DNA of 62,736 nucleotides from Verrucomicrobiota bacterium (GTDB lineage Bacteria > Verrucomicrobiota > Verrucomicrobiia > Limisphaerales > CANJXF01): the NCBI GenBank assembly GCA_038214755.1, contig JBBQRQ010000018.1, positions 1 to 62,736 of the forward strand, written 5' to 3'. This document shows, piece by piece, positions 31,101 through 39,678 of the stretch; within the stretch, counting starts at the first letter, position 1; each line of letters opens with the position of its first letter. Under the pieces are notes generated by a model. That model was not told where the DNA came from, did not search any database, and saw only the letters and a list, made by a program, of their open reading frames with translations. Position numbers and translations under genes: made by a program.

Positions 31101-31284
31101 GGTGCATGACGCGCGAACGCCGCCTAACAAAGATTAGGCGGCGGGTTTTGCAGCCTATCAAGTTTCATGGCCGAACCGTAATTTGAATGAAAGTCACCGT
31201 CCAGCACTGCTTTGTTTGCGGAATGAAGCTCAACTATTTTCCGAGGGGCGCATTTCTTTTTTGAGCGACAGATTACCTGAGTTC

Positions 31285-31477
31285 GTCCCGAAGGGACATT
31301 TGATAATAGCCCGGCGTTTGAACGCCGGGATAATGTGGAGCGGGATTTCAGTTCCGAAGGAACGGCTGAAAATCCATCCAATAGTCACGCATTTCAGCCG
31401 TCCCTTCGGGACTCATGAATTGCGTCCCTTTTCCCGGCGTTGAAACGCCGGGCTATTCTCGGCAGTCCCTCCGGGAC
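31285..31477. repeat. ~190-bp multi-hairpin palindromic element (REP/MITE)
   Basis: GTCCCGAAGGGAC...AATAGCCCGGCGTTTGAACGCCGGGA pairs with TCCCGGCGTTGAAACGCCGGGCTATT...GTCCCTCCGGGAC. Confidence 0.8.
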
Positions 31478-31530
31478 AATCCTGTTTCCTGGATACTTAA
31501 AACTTGGGACGCGTTCGCAAATCAATTTCC

Positions 31531-31624
31531 GGTAGGGCGCGTCACTCCGTGCGCGCCGCTTCTCGCATTCACGGCTGGAATTTAATTGTTTTTCCACGGC
31601 GCGCACGGAGTGGCGCGCCCTACC
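31531..31624. repeat. REP doublet (GTAG family)
   Basis: GGTAGGGCGCGTCACTCCGTGCGCGCCG / CGGCGCGCACGGAGTGGCGCGCCCTACC. Confidence 0.85.
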
Positions 31625-31738
31625 TTTTCCGCTACGCATGATTTGAGCAACGCGCGCCCCTTTCCGACAAAGGCTACGAACATTGCTTGTGCGCGGTTGC
31701 GGGCTTGTGTTTTTTTTCTCAAATAATAAAGTGAGGCT

Positions 31739-32191
31739 ATGAAGAGCGATGTTCTGCCAGTTGAAATCCGGGGCATTCTCCCCGCCAACAGCGGCTGCGC
31801 GATTTTCGTCGGGAATGAACAAAAAGTTTTCGTGATTCAGGTCGAACACAACATGGGCGCGGTCATCGGAATGTTCATGCGCGACACGCCGAAAGAACGG
31901 CCACTGACCCACGATTTGATGGGACACGTTTTCAAAGGATTCAACATCACGGTCGAGCGTGTCATCATCACTGAACTGAAAAATTCCACTTACTTCGCTC
32001 GTCTCGTTCTGCAACAGGAAAATGAACTCGGCCAAAAAATTGTTGAAATTGACGCGCGTCCGAGCGATTGCCTCGCGTTGGCCGCCGCGCAAAAACGTCC
32101 CATCTTTGTCCGCAACGCTCTTTTTGAACAGGTCGAGGACATGAGTGAAGTCCTCGAACGCATCAATGAGAACGGTGGCGAAACCGAATAA
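31739..32191 (+). CDS. bifunctional nuclease family protein (DUF151)
   Basis: Motifs RPLTHDL, STYFARL, IDARPSDCLALA. Confidence 0.9.
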   Translation: MKSDVLPVEIRGILPANSGCAIFVGNEQKVFVIQVEHNMGAVIGMFMRDTPKERPLTHDLMGHVFKGFNITVERVIITELKNSTYFARLVLQQENELGQKIVEIDARPSDCLALAAAQKRPIFVRNALFEQVEDMSEVLERINENGGETE

Positions 32192-32192
32192 C

Positions 32193-33344
32193 ATGCCGCC
32201 GTCCGTTTCTGTCCGATCCCTCCTGCTGGTTTGCGGCGACGATGAGTTCGCCGTCAAACAACGCGCCAAACAAATTTTCCAGGAATGGTGCGAAGAACTC
32301 GGAGGCATGGACCACGAAACCATCGACGCCAGCGTGAGCAACAGCGGTGAAGCGTTGAAGGCCCTGGCTAAGTTGCGCGAAGCCTTGCAGACCCTTCCAT
32401 TTTTTGGCGGAGCAAAAGTTGTCTGGCTGAAAAATTGTAATTTTCTCGGTGAAGAACGCACTGCCTCCGCGCAAGCCGTCACTGAAACGTTGGCCGAAAT
32501 TTCCCAAGAGCTAAAAAGTTTCGACTGGAAAAATGTCCGTCTCCTCATCAGTTCCGGCAAAGTGGACAAGCGAAAAGTTTTTTACAAAGCCATCGAGAAA
32601 ATTGGTTCGGTCGAAAGTTTCGCCGGCTGGTCGATCGATGACAAAGATTGGGTTGACCAGGCGGAAATATTTGCCCGCCGCTCGTTGCGCGAGTTGAAAA
32701 AGGAAATTTCCGACGACGCGCTTTCGCAATTGGTCGCGAACGTTGGGCCGCATATTCGTCTGCTCAATAACGAGATTGAAAAACTTAGTTTGTATGTCGG
32801 CGCGCGGGAGAAAATAAATTCCGATGACGTTTCGGAAATCGTCACGCGCAACAAACAGGCGCGCGCCTTTGCGCTGGGCGACGCGTTGGGCGAGCGCAAT
32901 CTTCCGCGTCTCCTTTGCTGCCTCGACGAGGAAATGTGGGAAATGCAATTCGACAAACAGAAGTCAGAAATCGGTTTGCTCTACGGTTTGATCTCGAAAA
33001 TCCGCACTTTGATTTTTTTGAGAGAGATGTTCGACGCAGGGTGGATAAAACCGGGCGGCGATTATCCCCGGTTCAAAGCGCAATTGGATAAGGTGCCCAA
33101 GGATGCGATGCCGGAAGACAAACGTTTCAATCCGCTGGCCACAAATCCCTACGTCCTTTTCAAAGCTTCGACCCAGGCGCGCAACTACACTTCGGCCGAA
33201 TTAGTGCGCGCGATGGATTTGCTTTTGCAGTGCAATCGGCAACTGGTGTTGACCAATCTGGATGATTCGCTCGTCTTGCAACAAGCGCTGGTGAAAATTG
33301 TCAACCGAACCCCCACCGCTGAAAAAGTTGGAAAATATGTTTAA
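32193..33344 (+). CDS. holA: DNA polymerase III subunit delta
   Basis: Motifs LVCGDDEF, TLPFFGGAKVV, NEIEKLSLY, AFALGDAL. Confidence 0.85.
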   Translation: MPPSVSVRSLLLVCGDDEFAVKQRAKQIFQEWCEELGGMDHETIDASVSNSGEALKALAKLREALQTLPFFGGAKVVWLKNCNFLGEERTASAQAVTETLAEISQELKSFDWKNVRLLISSGKVDKRKVFYKAIEKIGSVESFAGWSIDDKDWVDQAEIFARRSLRELKKEISDDALSQLVANVGPHIRLLNNEIEKLSLYVGAREKINSDDVSEIVTRNKQARAFALGDALGERNLPRLLCCLDEEMWEMQFDKQKSEIGLLYGLISKIRTLIFLREMFDAGWIKPGGDYPRFKAQLDKVPKDAMPEDKRFNPLATNPYVLFKASTQARNYTSAELVRAMDLLLQCNRQLVLTNLDDSLVLQQALVKIVNRTPTAEKVGKYV

Positions 33345-33515
33345 ACCCGAATTTTGCATTAGAGTCGTAGCGCAACTCTTTGTCGTAGGGCAGGTTTGCA
33401 ACCTGCCGTATCGCAGGTTTGCAACCTGCTGGATATCGCGACGCCTTGCCGGTTGCAAATCGGCGATACAGCAGCTTGCAAAGCTGCGCTACGTCTCATG
33501 CAGAATCCGGTTTAA
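33341..33515. mobile_element. MITE-like element bounded by TTAA, containing a REP array
   Basis: TTAAACCCGAATTTTGCAT ... ATGCAGAATCCGGTTTAA, with internal CAGGTTTGCAACCTG hairpins. The left TTAA contains the holA stop. Confidence 0.7.
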
Positions 33516-33564
33516 GACCGTGACGCCGCACAAACTAGCCTCAAACTGAAATTGATAATTTTCT

Positions 33565-34104
33565 ATGGAACCCCCACCCAACTCCTCGCCCTTGATGGTC
33601 GCCATCATCGATCAAATTGTCTGGATCAAAATTTCCGGCCGCGCAAATTTCACCTGGAGCCTCGATCTCAAAAAGCTCATTGATGAACTTTGGCGGCGCG
33701 GTCACCGGCGCGTCATTCTCGAACTGCGCGATTGCATTACGATGGACAGCACATTTCTCGGTGAACTCGCTGGAATCGCGTTGAAGTTTGCCGAAGCCAG
33801 AAAGCGCGGCGAAGACTGCTCGGTGGAGATCGCCAATTCCAACGCGCGAATTTCCGATACATTGGAAAATGTAGGTATGGCCCCTCTGTTTCAAATGGCG
33901 CAAACGACGAGTTGCGAGAGCGAAAAATTTGAGCCGCTCACCCGGGATGGAGAAGCTCCTTCGCGGGAAGACCTCACCCGTAATTGCCTCGAAGCGCACA
34001 AAACATTGATGGCTTTGGATTCCGCTAATATCGGTAAATTCAAGGATGTGAAAGAATTTCTGGAGGACGACTTGAAGAGGCTCCAACAGGCGAAATCCGG
34101 GTGA
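33565..34104 (+). CDS. STAS domain protein (anti-sigma factor antagonist)
   Basis: LELRDCITMDSTFLG (DS phospho-site motif). Confidence 0.85.
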   Translation: MEPPPNSSPLMVAIIDQIVWIKISGRANFTWSLDLKKLIDELWRRGHRRVILELRDCITMDSTFLGELAGIALKFAEARKRGEDCSVEIANSNARISDTLENVGMAPLFQMAQTTSCESEKFEPLTRDGEAPSREDLTRNCLEAHKTLMALDSANIGKFKDVKEFLEDDLKRLQQAKSG

Positions 34105-34129
34105 CCCTCGGAATCATGGCGACTCGCGC

Positions 34130-36190
34130 ATGTTAAATCTTTCCACGCTCAATCCGCCCCAGCGTCTCGCCGTGGAAACCATCGATGGTCCCGTTTTGAT
34201 TTTGGCTGGCGCGGGCACTGGAAAAACGCGGGTGATCACTTTTCGCATCGCGCACATGATCGAACGTGGAATCTCCCCGGAAAATATTCTTGCCGTCACC
34301 TTTACCAATAAAGCCGCGCGCGAGATGATGGAGCGCGTCAGTAAACTCATTCCCAAAACGCGGAACGCAGAACGGGGAACGCGGAATGAAGACTCTCAAC
34401 CCTCAACCCTCAACGCTCAACCCACCGTCTGCACATTTCATTCTCTGTGTGTCCGCATCCTGCGCCGGCACATCGAGCGGCTCGGCTACAAACGCAATTT
34501 TGTTATTTACGACGAATCGGAACAACTCAGCGCGATCAAAAAAATTCTCAGCCACATTTCCGCCAAAGGAGAAAAGACGGATCCGGCAGCGGTTTTAAGT
34601 TTATTGAGCCGTTACAAAAATGGCGGAGAACGCGCGGCAGTTTTTGCCGAACCCAGCGTGGCCGCGCTCGCGCAACACGTTCGTTTGAAATACGAGTCCG
34701 CTCTCCGCGCCTGCAACGCCGTGGATTTCGACGATTTGATTTTGCTCACGCTGAAACTTTTCACCGAACATCCCGAAACGCTCGAAGCCTGTCGCGCAAA
34801 ATATCGCTACGTGATGGTGGACGAATATCAGGACACCAACGCCTCGCAATTTCAGCTCATGCATCTGTTGACGAAGGAGCATCAAAATTTTTGCGTGGTC
34901 GGCGATGATGACCAAAGTATTTACGGCTGGCGCGGCGCGGAAATCGCCAATCTCCTCGAAGTCGAAAAACATTTTCCGAAGGTCAAAGTCATCAAGCTCG
35001 AGCAAAATTATCGCTCGACCACGACCATTCTCGCCGCCGCCAATGCCGTGATTAAAAACAATTTGCGCCGTCGCGGAAAACAGCTTTGGTCGCAAAAAGG
35101 GCAGGGGGTAAAAATTATTTTGCACACGTTTGCCGATGATGAAACGGAAGCGCGCACGGTGATAGAGCAAATCGAATTCGCCCGACACGCGCATCGCATC
35201 GCGTGGTCGGACCAGGCGATTCTTTTCCGAACCAACATCCAATCGCGCGCTCTGGAAATGGCGTTGCGCCAGGCCAGCGTCCGCTACCATTTGATCGGCG
35301 GACAAAGTTATTTTGATCGACGCGAGATAAAAGATTTTCTGGCTTACCTGAAAGTTTTTATCAACCCGCATGACGACGTGAGTTTGCTGCGGATCGCGAA
35401 TGTTCCGGCGCGCGGCTTGAGCGATGTGACGATGGAACGTTTGCTCGCCGCGAGTCAGGAGCGGCATTGCTCCGTTTTTTCAGCGATGCGCCACACTGAT
35501 GTACAAAGTTCGTTTCAAACCAAAACGCGCGAGAGCATTTCGGAATTTATCAAATTGATTGAAACGACCCGCGCAAATTTGGAAGGAGCAACCTCGCTTC
35601 GACTTTGGGCGGAAAAAATTTTGGACGAAACGGGTTATCTGAATGAATTGCGTCGCTCGGAAAAAAATGTGGAGGCAGCGGAAAATCGAATTCGTAATTT
35701 AAAAGATTTGATTGCGACATTGGACAACACCGGCGCGCTTTCAGTGAAACCGGCGGAGCGCCTGGAAAAGTTTCTCGAAGACATCATGCTCGACAGCGAT
35801 CGCGAGGATGAAAAAGAAAATCAAGGCGATGCCGTCACGCTGATCACGATGCACAGTTGCAAGGGGCTGGAATTTCCCCACGTTTATATTGTCGGTTTGG
35901 AAGACGGGCTTCTGCCGCATTCACGCTCGAAAGTGGAAGGCACGATGGATGAAGAGCGCCGCCTTTTTTATGTCGCAATTACTCGCGCGATGACCACGCT
36001 GACAATCAGCCATTGCGGTGGCCGAAAAAAATATGGGCAGATGATGCCGTGTCATCCGTCGCCGTTTTTGAAGGAGCTTCCTGCTGAACTCGTCGAGTTG
36101 GCCGACGAAAAGGCGAAAACAATTGTCGCCCCGTCCGCCGGGAAAAACTTATTTGCCGCGATGCGTTCGGCGGCAGGAATTGCGGAGTGA
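34130..36190 (+). CDS. UvrD/PcrA/Rep family DNA helicase
   Basis: Motifs LAGAGTGKT, VTFTNKAA, VDEYQDTN, VGDDDQSIYGWRG, LEQNYRS, HSCKGLEF, EERRLFYVAITRA. Confidence 0.95.
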   Translation: MLNLSTLNPPQRLAVETIDGPVLILAGAGTGKTRVITFRIAHMIERGISPENILAVTFTNKAAREMMERVSKLIPKTRNAERGTRNEDSQPSTLNAQPTVCTFHSLCVRILRRHIERLGYKRNFVIYDESEQLSAIKKILSHISAKGEKTDPAAVLSLLSRYKNGGERAAVFAEPSVAALAQHVRLKYESALRACNAVDFDDLILLTLKLFTEHPETLEACRAKYRYVMVDEYQDTNASQFQLMHLLTKEHQNFCVVGDDDQSIYGWRGAEIANLLEVEKHFPKVKVIKLEQNYRSTTTILAAANAVIKNNLRRRGKQLWSQKGQGVKIILHTFADDETEARTVIEQIEFARHAHRIAWSDQAILFRTNIQSRALEMALRQASVRYHLIGGQSYFDRREIKDFLAYLKVFINPHDDVSLLRIANVPARGLSDVTMERLLAASQERHCSVFSAMRHTDVQSSFQTKTRESISEFIKLIETTRANLEGATSLRLWAEKILDETGYLNELRRSEKNVEAAENRIRNLKDLIATLDNTGALSVKPAERLEKFLEDIMLDSDREDEKENQGDAVTLITMHSCKGLEFPHVYIVGLEDGLLPHSRSKVEGTMDEERRLFYVAITRAMTTLTISHCGGRKKYGQMMPCHPSPFLKELPAELVELADEKAKTIVAPSAGKNLFAAMRSAAGIAE

Positions 36191-36233
36191 GATAGTTTTT
36201 AGTAAACCTGAAGTCATTCAAAAACAAAAAAAC

Positions 36234-36554
36234 ATGAGTTTGCCAGAAACCATAAAAAGCGCGGCGAGACATCTGCATGAAGCGCGCCCGACGGCGACGA
36301 TCATTCTGTTTGGCTCGCAAGCGCGGGGCGACGCCCGATCCGATAGTGATGTGGATTTTATGGTGGTGTTGCCGGAACCGCCCGCCTCCACACGGGGGGA
36401 AATGGTGGCGCTGGCGGACTTGTTGCGCCCGTTGCGGGTCTGGGCGGATGTGTTGGTGGTGAGTGCATCGAGGTTTCGGGAGGCGGCGACCGTGCCGGGG
36501 ACGATTTACCACACCGTGGCGCAGGAAGGAAAGGTGCTCTATGGCGGCGTGTGA
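36234..36554 (+). CDS. minimal nucleotidyltransferase (MNT) antitoxin-like protein
   Basis: ILFGSQARGDARSDSDVD (GSx10DxD). Confidence 0.9.
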   Translation: MSLPETIKSAARHLHEARPTATIILFGSQARGDARSDSDVDFMVVLPEPPASTRGEMVALADLLRPLRVWADVLVVSASRFREAATVPGTIYHTVAQEGKVLYGGV

Positions 36555-36954
36555 TGAAGCCCGCCGCCTGCTCGATAAAGCGGGCGAGGATGAGTATGTG
36601 CTTGATCGGCTGCTAAATGATGCGCTCGCACCAGAGGCCATGGTTGGCTTTCACGCTCAACAAGCTGCGGAAAAGCTGCTCAAAGCCGCATTGTTTTTGG
36701 CCGCCGCCGCGCCACCGCGCACACACAACCTGACGCAGTTGATGGACTTGGCCGAAGTTCACGGGCTAGTTCTGCCTCCCGAATGTGAAGCATTGCGGTG
36801 GTTGACTCCGTATGCGGTGCTCTACCGATACGATGGCGACGCGGAAGCGGATGAGGAGAAATTGTCCCGCCAAGAGGCGCGGGAAAATCTGCGCCGGTTT
36901 CGTACTTGGGTGGAAGCGCTGCTAGCAGCCAAAACAGAAAATGGTTCTGCCTGA
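36541..36954 (+). CDS. HEPN domain protein
   Basis: Motifs FHAQQAAEKLLKA, RTHNL, LTPYAVLYRY. Overlaps the MNT gene. Confidence 0.88.
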   Translation: MAACDEARRLLDKAGEDEYVLDRLLNDALAPEAMVGFHAQQAAEKLLKAALFLAAAAPPRTHNLTQLMDLAEVHGLVLPPECEALRWLTPYAVLYRYDGDAEADEEKLSRQEARENLRRFRTWVEALLAAKTENGSA

Positions 36955-36983
36955 GAGTGCGAATATTTTAATCGAAACGACAC

Positions 36984-37202
36984 TCAGCCGCTGCTTTTGC
37001 CGGCTACCCAATCCAGCAGCAAAAAAGAAGAAACAAAAAAAGGAAATACCCCATACAACGTGTCGCTTACCGAATGAGAATGTCGCTCCACTGCCCGGAA
37101 GATCGTTAAGCAAAAAACAGCAGCGATCAAATATACGACGACACCGGGAACGGACGCCCGGGACGTAGAACCAACCGACTCGTTTGAACATTTTGTTTTC
37201 AT
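36984..37202 (-). CDS. small hypothetical membrane protein
   Basis: 72 aa with two hydrophobic segments and an AT-rich leader. Confidence 0.4.
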   Translation of the reverse strand: MKTKCSNESVGSTSRASVPGVVVYLIAAVFCLTIFRAVERHSHSVSDTLYGVFPFFVSSFLLLDWVAGKSSG

Positions 37203-37314
37203 ATTTTATTTTTATGAAATAACGAGTCGCTTGATTACAACGAAGTAAGTCCAGCGACACGAATTCTCAGCGAAATTTAGAAACTGTTTCTGCCGGTTCA
37301 TTCTGCCGCTGGGA

Positions 37315-38082
37315 TTACTGAGTAAGCTCTTTGATCGCCTCGAAATTCTCCGGGACTTTTGGACGCGCCCGAAACCGCGTGTCGCCTTCAAATAAAACCT
37401 TTTTCTTTTGCACGGTGAATTGAGTTTTTCCTGACAACGCAAGCGCTTCCAAAATTTCCCAGCCATCCAAATTGTGCGCGGCGAAGTGGAACCGATAGAA
37501 ATGGTGGGAATCGTGCGAGCCTCTCCGGGGTAAAATTCTCGTATCCAGACGAAACGCGAGCGTCGGCAAAATAAAATCCCAGTTGCGATCTTCGTAGTTG
37601 ACGTGCGGAGCGAATTTCTTTTTGCGAATCCGTTCCGCCGTGGGCTGATGCTCAATTATCTCGATTGGCTCCAGTGAATCTTCGGCGGTATGGAGGAGAA
37701 CGAACGGCGGACGAAACGTGGCGCGAATTAAAGTCTGATTGGTCAGCGCGGTGAGGGCGTCGAGCAAACTGGGAGAGGGGTTAGTCAGCGTCGCGTTGCC
37801 GCGATTGAAAAAATAAAATTCGTCGGTCGCGCCCGGCATGAAGATGAGCGCTTTGACAGCATCATTTTGTTGGAACGATTCGAGCATGATCTCGACTGCG
37901 TTGGTTTTGGTAAGTTGCATCGCGCCGTTTTTTAAAGGCATCTTCGCCAAGGCATCCTGCCACGGCTCCAGAGCGGAAAGTGAGAAGGGAGAAATGAAAA
38001 GGGAGAAAAAGAAAACTGTGCCGAGTAGTTTATTCGTCAATCCGCAATGCAATGACGAAGTGTGGCAAAAAATTTTCTCAGC
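37315..38082 (-). CDS. exported hypothetical protein (start uncertain)
   Basis: 3' part of the long ORF 37315..38628. Signal-like LLGTVFFFSLFISPFSLSA-LEPW; the further upstream frame runs through repeats and hscB. Confidence 0.6.
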   Translation of the reverse strand, partial: AEKIFCHTSSLHCGLTNKLLGTVFFFSLFISPFSLSALEPWQDALAKMPLKNGAMQLTKTNAVEIMLESFQQNDAVKALIFMPGATDEFYFFNRGNATLTNPSPSLLDALTALTNQTLIRATFRPPFVLLHTAEDSLEPIEIIEHQPTAERIRKKKFAPHVNYEDRNWDFILPTLAFRLDTRILPRRGSHDSHHFYRFHFAAHNLDGWEILEALALSGKTQFTVQKKKVLFEGDTRFRARPKVPENFEAIKELTQ

Positions 38083-38084
38083 CA

Positions 38085-38154
38085 CGGAGCGCCGGTTTGC
38101 AACCGGCTTCGAGCCATCGCGGTGAATCAAAGCCGGTTGCAAACCGGCGCTCCG
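38085..38154. repeat. REP doublet
   Basis: CGGAGCGCCGGTTTGCAACCGGCTT / AAGCCGGTTGCAAACCGGCGCTCCG. Confidence 0.85.
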
Positions 38155-38255
38155 GTGTGATTGAGACTTCAGCGCATTAGGTTTATCCGTACTACAATGT
38201 CGAAGGATCGCGCATTTCCGACAAGATGTTTCTCCGTTGTTGAAGAAACGATTGG

Positions 38256-38349
38256 TTTCAACGCAAAGGACGCGGAGGTTCTCGCAAAGGACGCAAAGGT
38301 CGTTTCTCTGCGCGCCTCTGCGAGAACCTTTGCGACCTCTGCGTTGAAA
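38256..38349. repeat. palindrome of 9-mer repeats
   Basis: ACGCAAAGG-type units followed by inverted CCTCTGCG / CCTTTGCG units. Confidence 0.75.
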
Positions 38350-38396
38350 TCCGGTAGTCATTGGGTTGCGGCTCGCCGCGCTGGGTTTATCTGTCA

Positions 38397-39017
38397 CTAA
38401 AAAGAAAGTTGCACCACGCGCTCTTGGATTTGTTCCGACCACCGGACGATGTAGCTGAAGACGCGATAGATTTGCTCCAGCCGTTCCAGCGGAAGAGCAG
38501 CGGCGCGATTGGGCGAACCAATCGGCGGAGCGTTTTGCCACACAGAATTCAGTTCGCGTAACTGGGCGGAGAGATCGTTGCGTTTCAAATTTATTTTCTG
38601 TTGAAGCGAATTGAGTTTGTCCACCCATTCCTGGCCGCGCTCGAAAAGTTGAACCTTTAAAAGCGGCGAAGTGACTTTGGATTTCTCGGTGAGAAAGGCG
38701 TCGGCATCGCGGCAGGTTTGGCCGACTTCAATAAACAAATCCATTGTGCCGGGCGGAATTTTTTGGATGTCGGACGGCTTTTTCCCGGCCTCCAATTCGA
38801 GGAGATGAAGCAAGCGTTCTTTCGGCTCGCGCAAACAATTATAAGCCGCATTCAATTCGGCATAGCGGTGGTTGGCGGAAAGTTTTTCGGCCTCGGTTCC
38901 GCCATGAACGCGGTCGGGATGAAACGGAGCGGCGAGTGGAAAAAATTTTTGCTTCAACGAATCGGGATCGAGCCACGGAAGGCGCGGCTCGTTGAGCAAA
39001 GCAAAGTTGTCGGTCAT
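38397..39017 (-). CDS. hscB: Fe-S cluster co-chaperone HscB-like J-domain protein
   Basis: J-domain FHPDR, LNAAYNCLREPKER; lies downstream of an IscA-like gene. Confidence 0.75.
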   Translation of the reverse strand: MTDNFALLNEPRLPWLDPDSLKQKFFPLAAPFHPDRVHGGTEAEKLSANHRYAELNAAYNCLREPKERLLHLLELEAGKKPSDIQKIPPGTMDLFIEVGQTCRDADAFLTEKSKVTSPLLKVQLFERGQEWVDKLNSLQQKINLKRNDLSAQLRELNSVWQNAPPIGSPNRAAALPLERLEQIYRVFSYIVRWSEQIQERVVQLSF

Positions 39018-39030
39018 CTTGATTTGACAA

Positions 39031-39153
39031 GGAGCGCGGACCCTTCTCGTCCGCGAGTTTTGAAATTATTTATTGGTGCCGGGAGGATTTGATTTTTCTA
39101 AACAAAATTATAGCGATTGCTGTTCGCCTCGCGGAGGAGAACGTCCGCGCTCC
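39031..39153. repeat. REP doublet
   Basis: GGAGCGCGGACCCTTCTCGTCCGCGAG / CTCGCGGAGGAGAACGTCCGCGCTCC. Confidence 0.75.
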
Positions 39154-39155
39154 GA

Positions 39156-39542
39156 TCACGCGCTAAAACTTTCGCCACACGAACAACTGCTGGCCGCGTT
39201 GGGATTCTTTACTTTGAAACCGCCATCGGTCAGCGCATCCACGTAATCCAGTTCGCTGCCCGTCACGTAAAGCGCGCTCTTGGGATCGACCACCACTTTG
39301 ATTCCGCTGCTCTCGACGAGGATGTCGCGATTTGCCGGAGCGTCCTGCAAATCCATTTTGTATTGCAGACCGGAACAGCCACCGCCCATGACCGCGACGC
39401 GCAAGACGCCTTGGGGCCGACCCTGTTTAGTAAGAAGCGATGAAACTTTTTGCGCGGCGGTCGGAGAAACTTTGATGAGCCGCTCGTCACCTTTGCGAAA
39501 GGTCGGCTGAGAAATTGTTGGACTGGTTGTTCCTGCAATCAT
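39156..39542 (-). CDS. HesB/IscA/ErpA iron-sulfur cluster assembly accessory protein
   Basis: Motifs GGGCSGLQY and NPNAASSCSCGESF. Confidence 0.93.
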   Translation of the reverse strand: MIAGTTSPTISQPTFRKGDERLIKVSPTAAQKVSSLLTKQGRPQGVLRVAVMGGGCSGLQYKMDLQDAPANRDILVESSGIKVVVDPKSALYVTGSELDYVDALTDGGFKVKNPNAASSCSCGESFSA

Positions 39543-39608
39543 TTGTGAATGAAACTACCGGTGTCCCCTGAGAGCGTCAACCAAACTGCGGGTTCGGTAA
39601 TGGCTCAA

Positions 39609-39671
39609 TTTGGTTTGGAGTTCCGCCTTCAGGCGGTTCCTGGCCGCGTAAACGCGAAACTCCAAACCAAA
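39609..39671. repeat. REP doublet
   Basis: TTTGGTTTGGAGTT ... AACTCCAAACCAAA. Confidence 0.7.
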
Positions 39672-39678
39672 AAGAACT

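Noticed and set aside
31394..32569. 391-aa minus-strand ORF
   Set aside because: Antisense to the DUF151 gene and holA, and runs through REP elements.
38083..38628. N-terminal extension of ORF 37315..38628
   Set aside because: Overlaps hscB in another frame and crosses two repeat elements, so it is likely a chance open frame.
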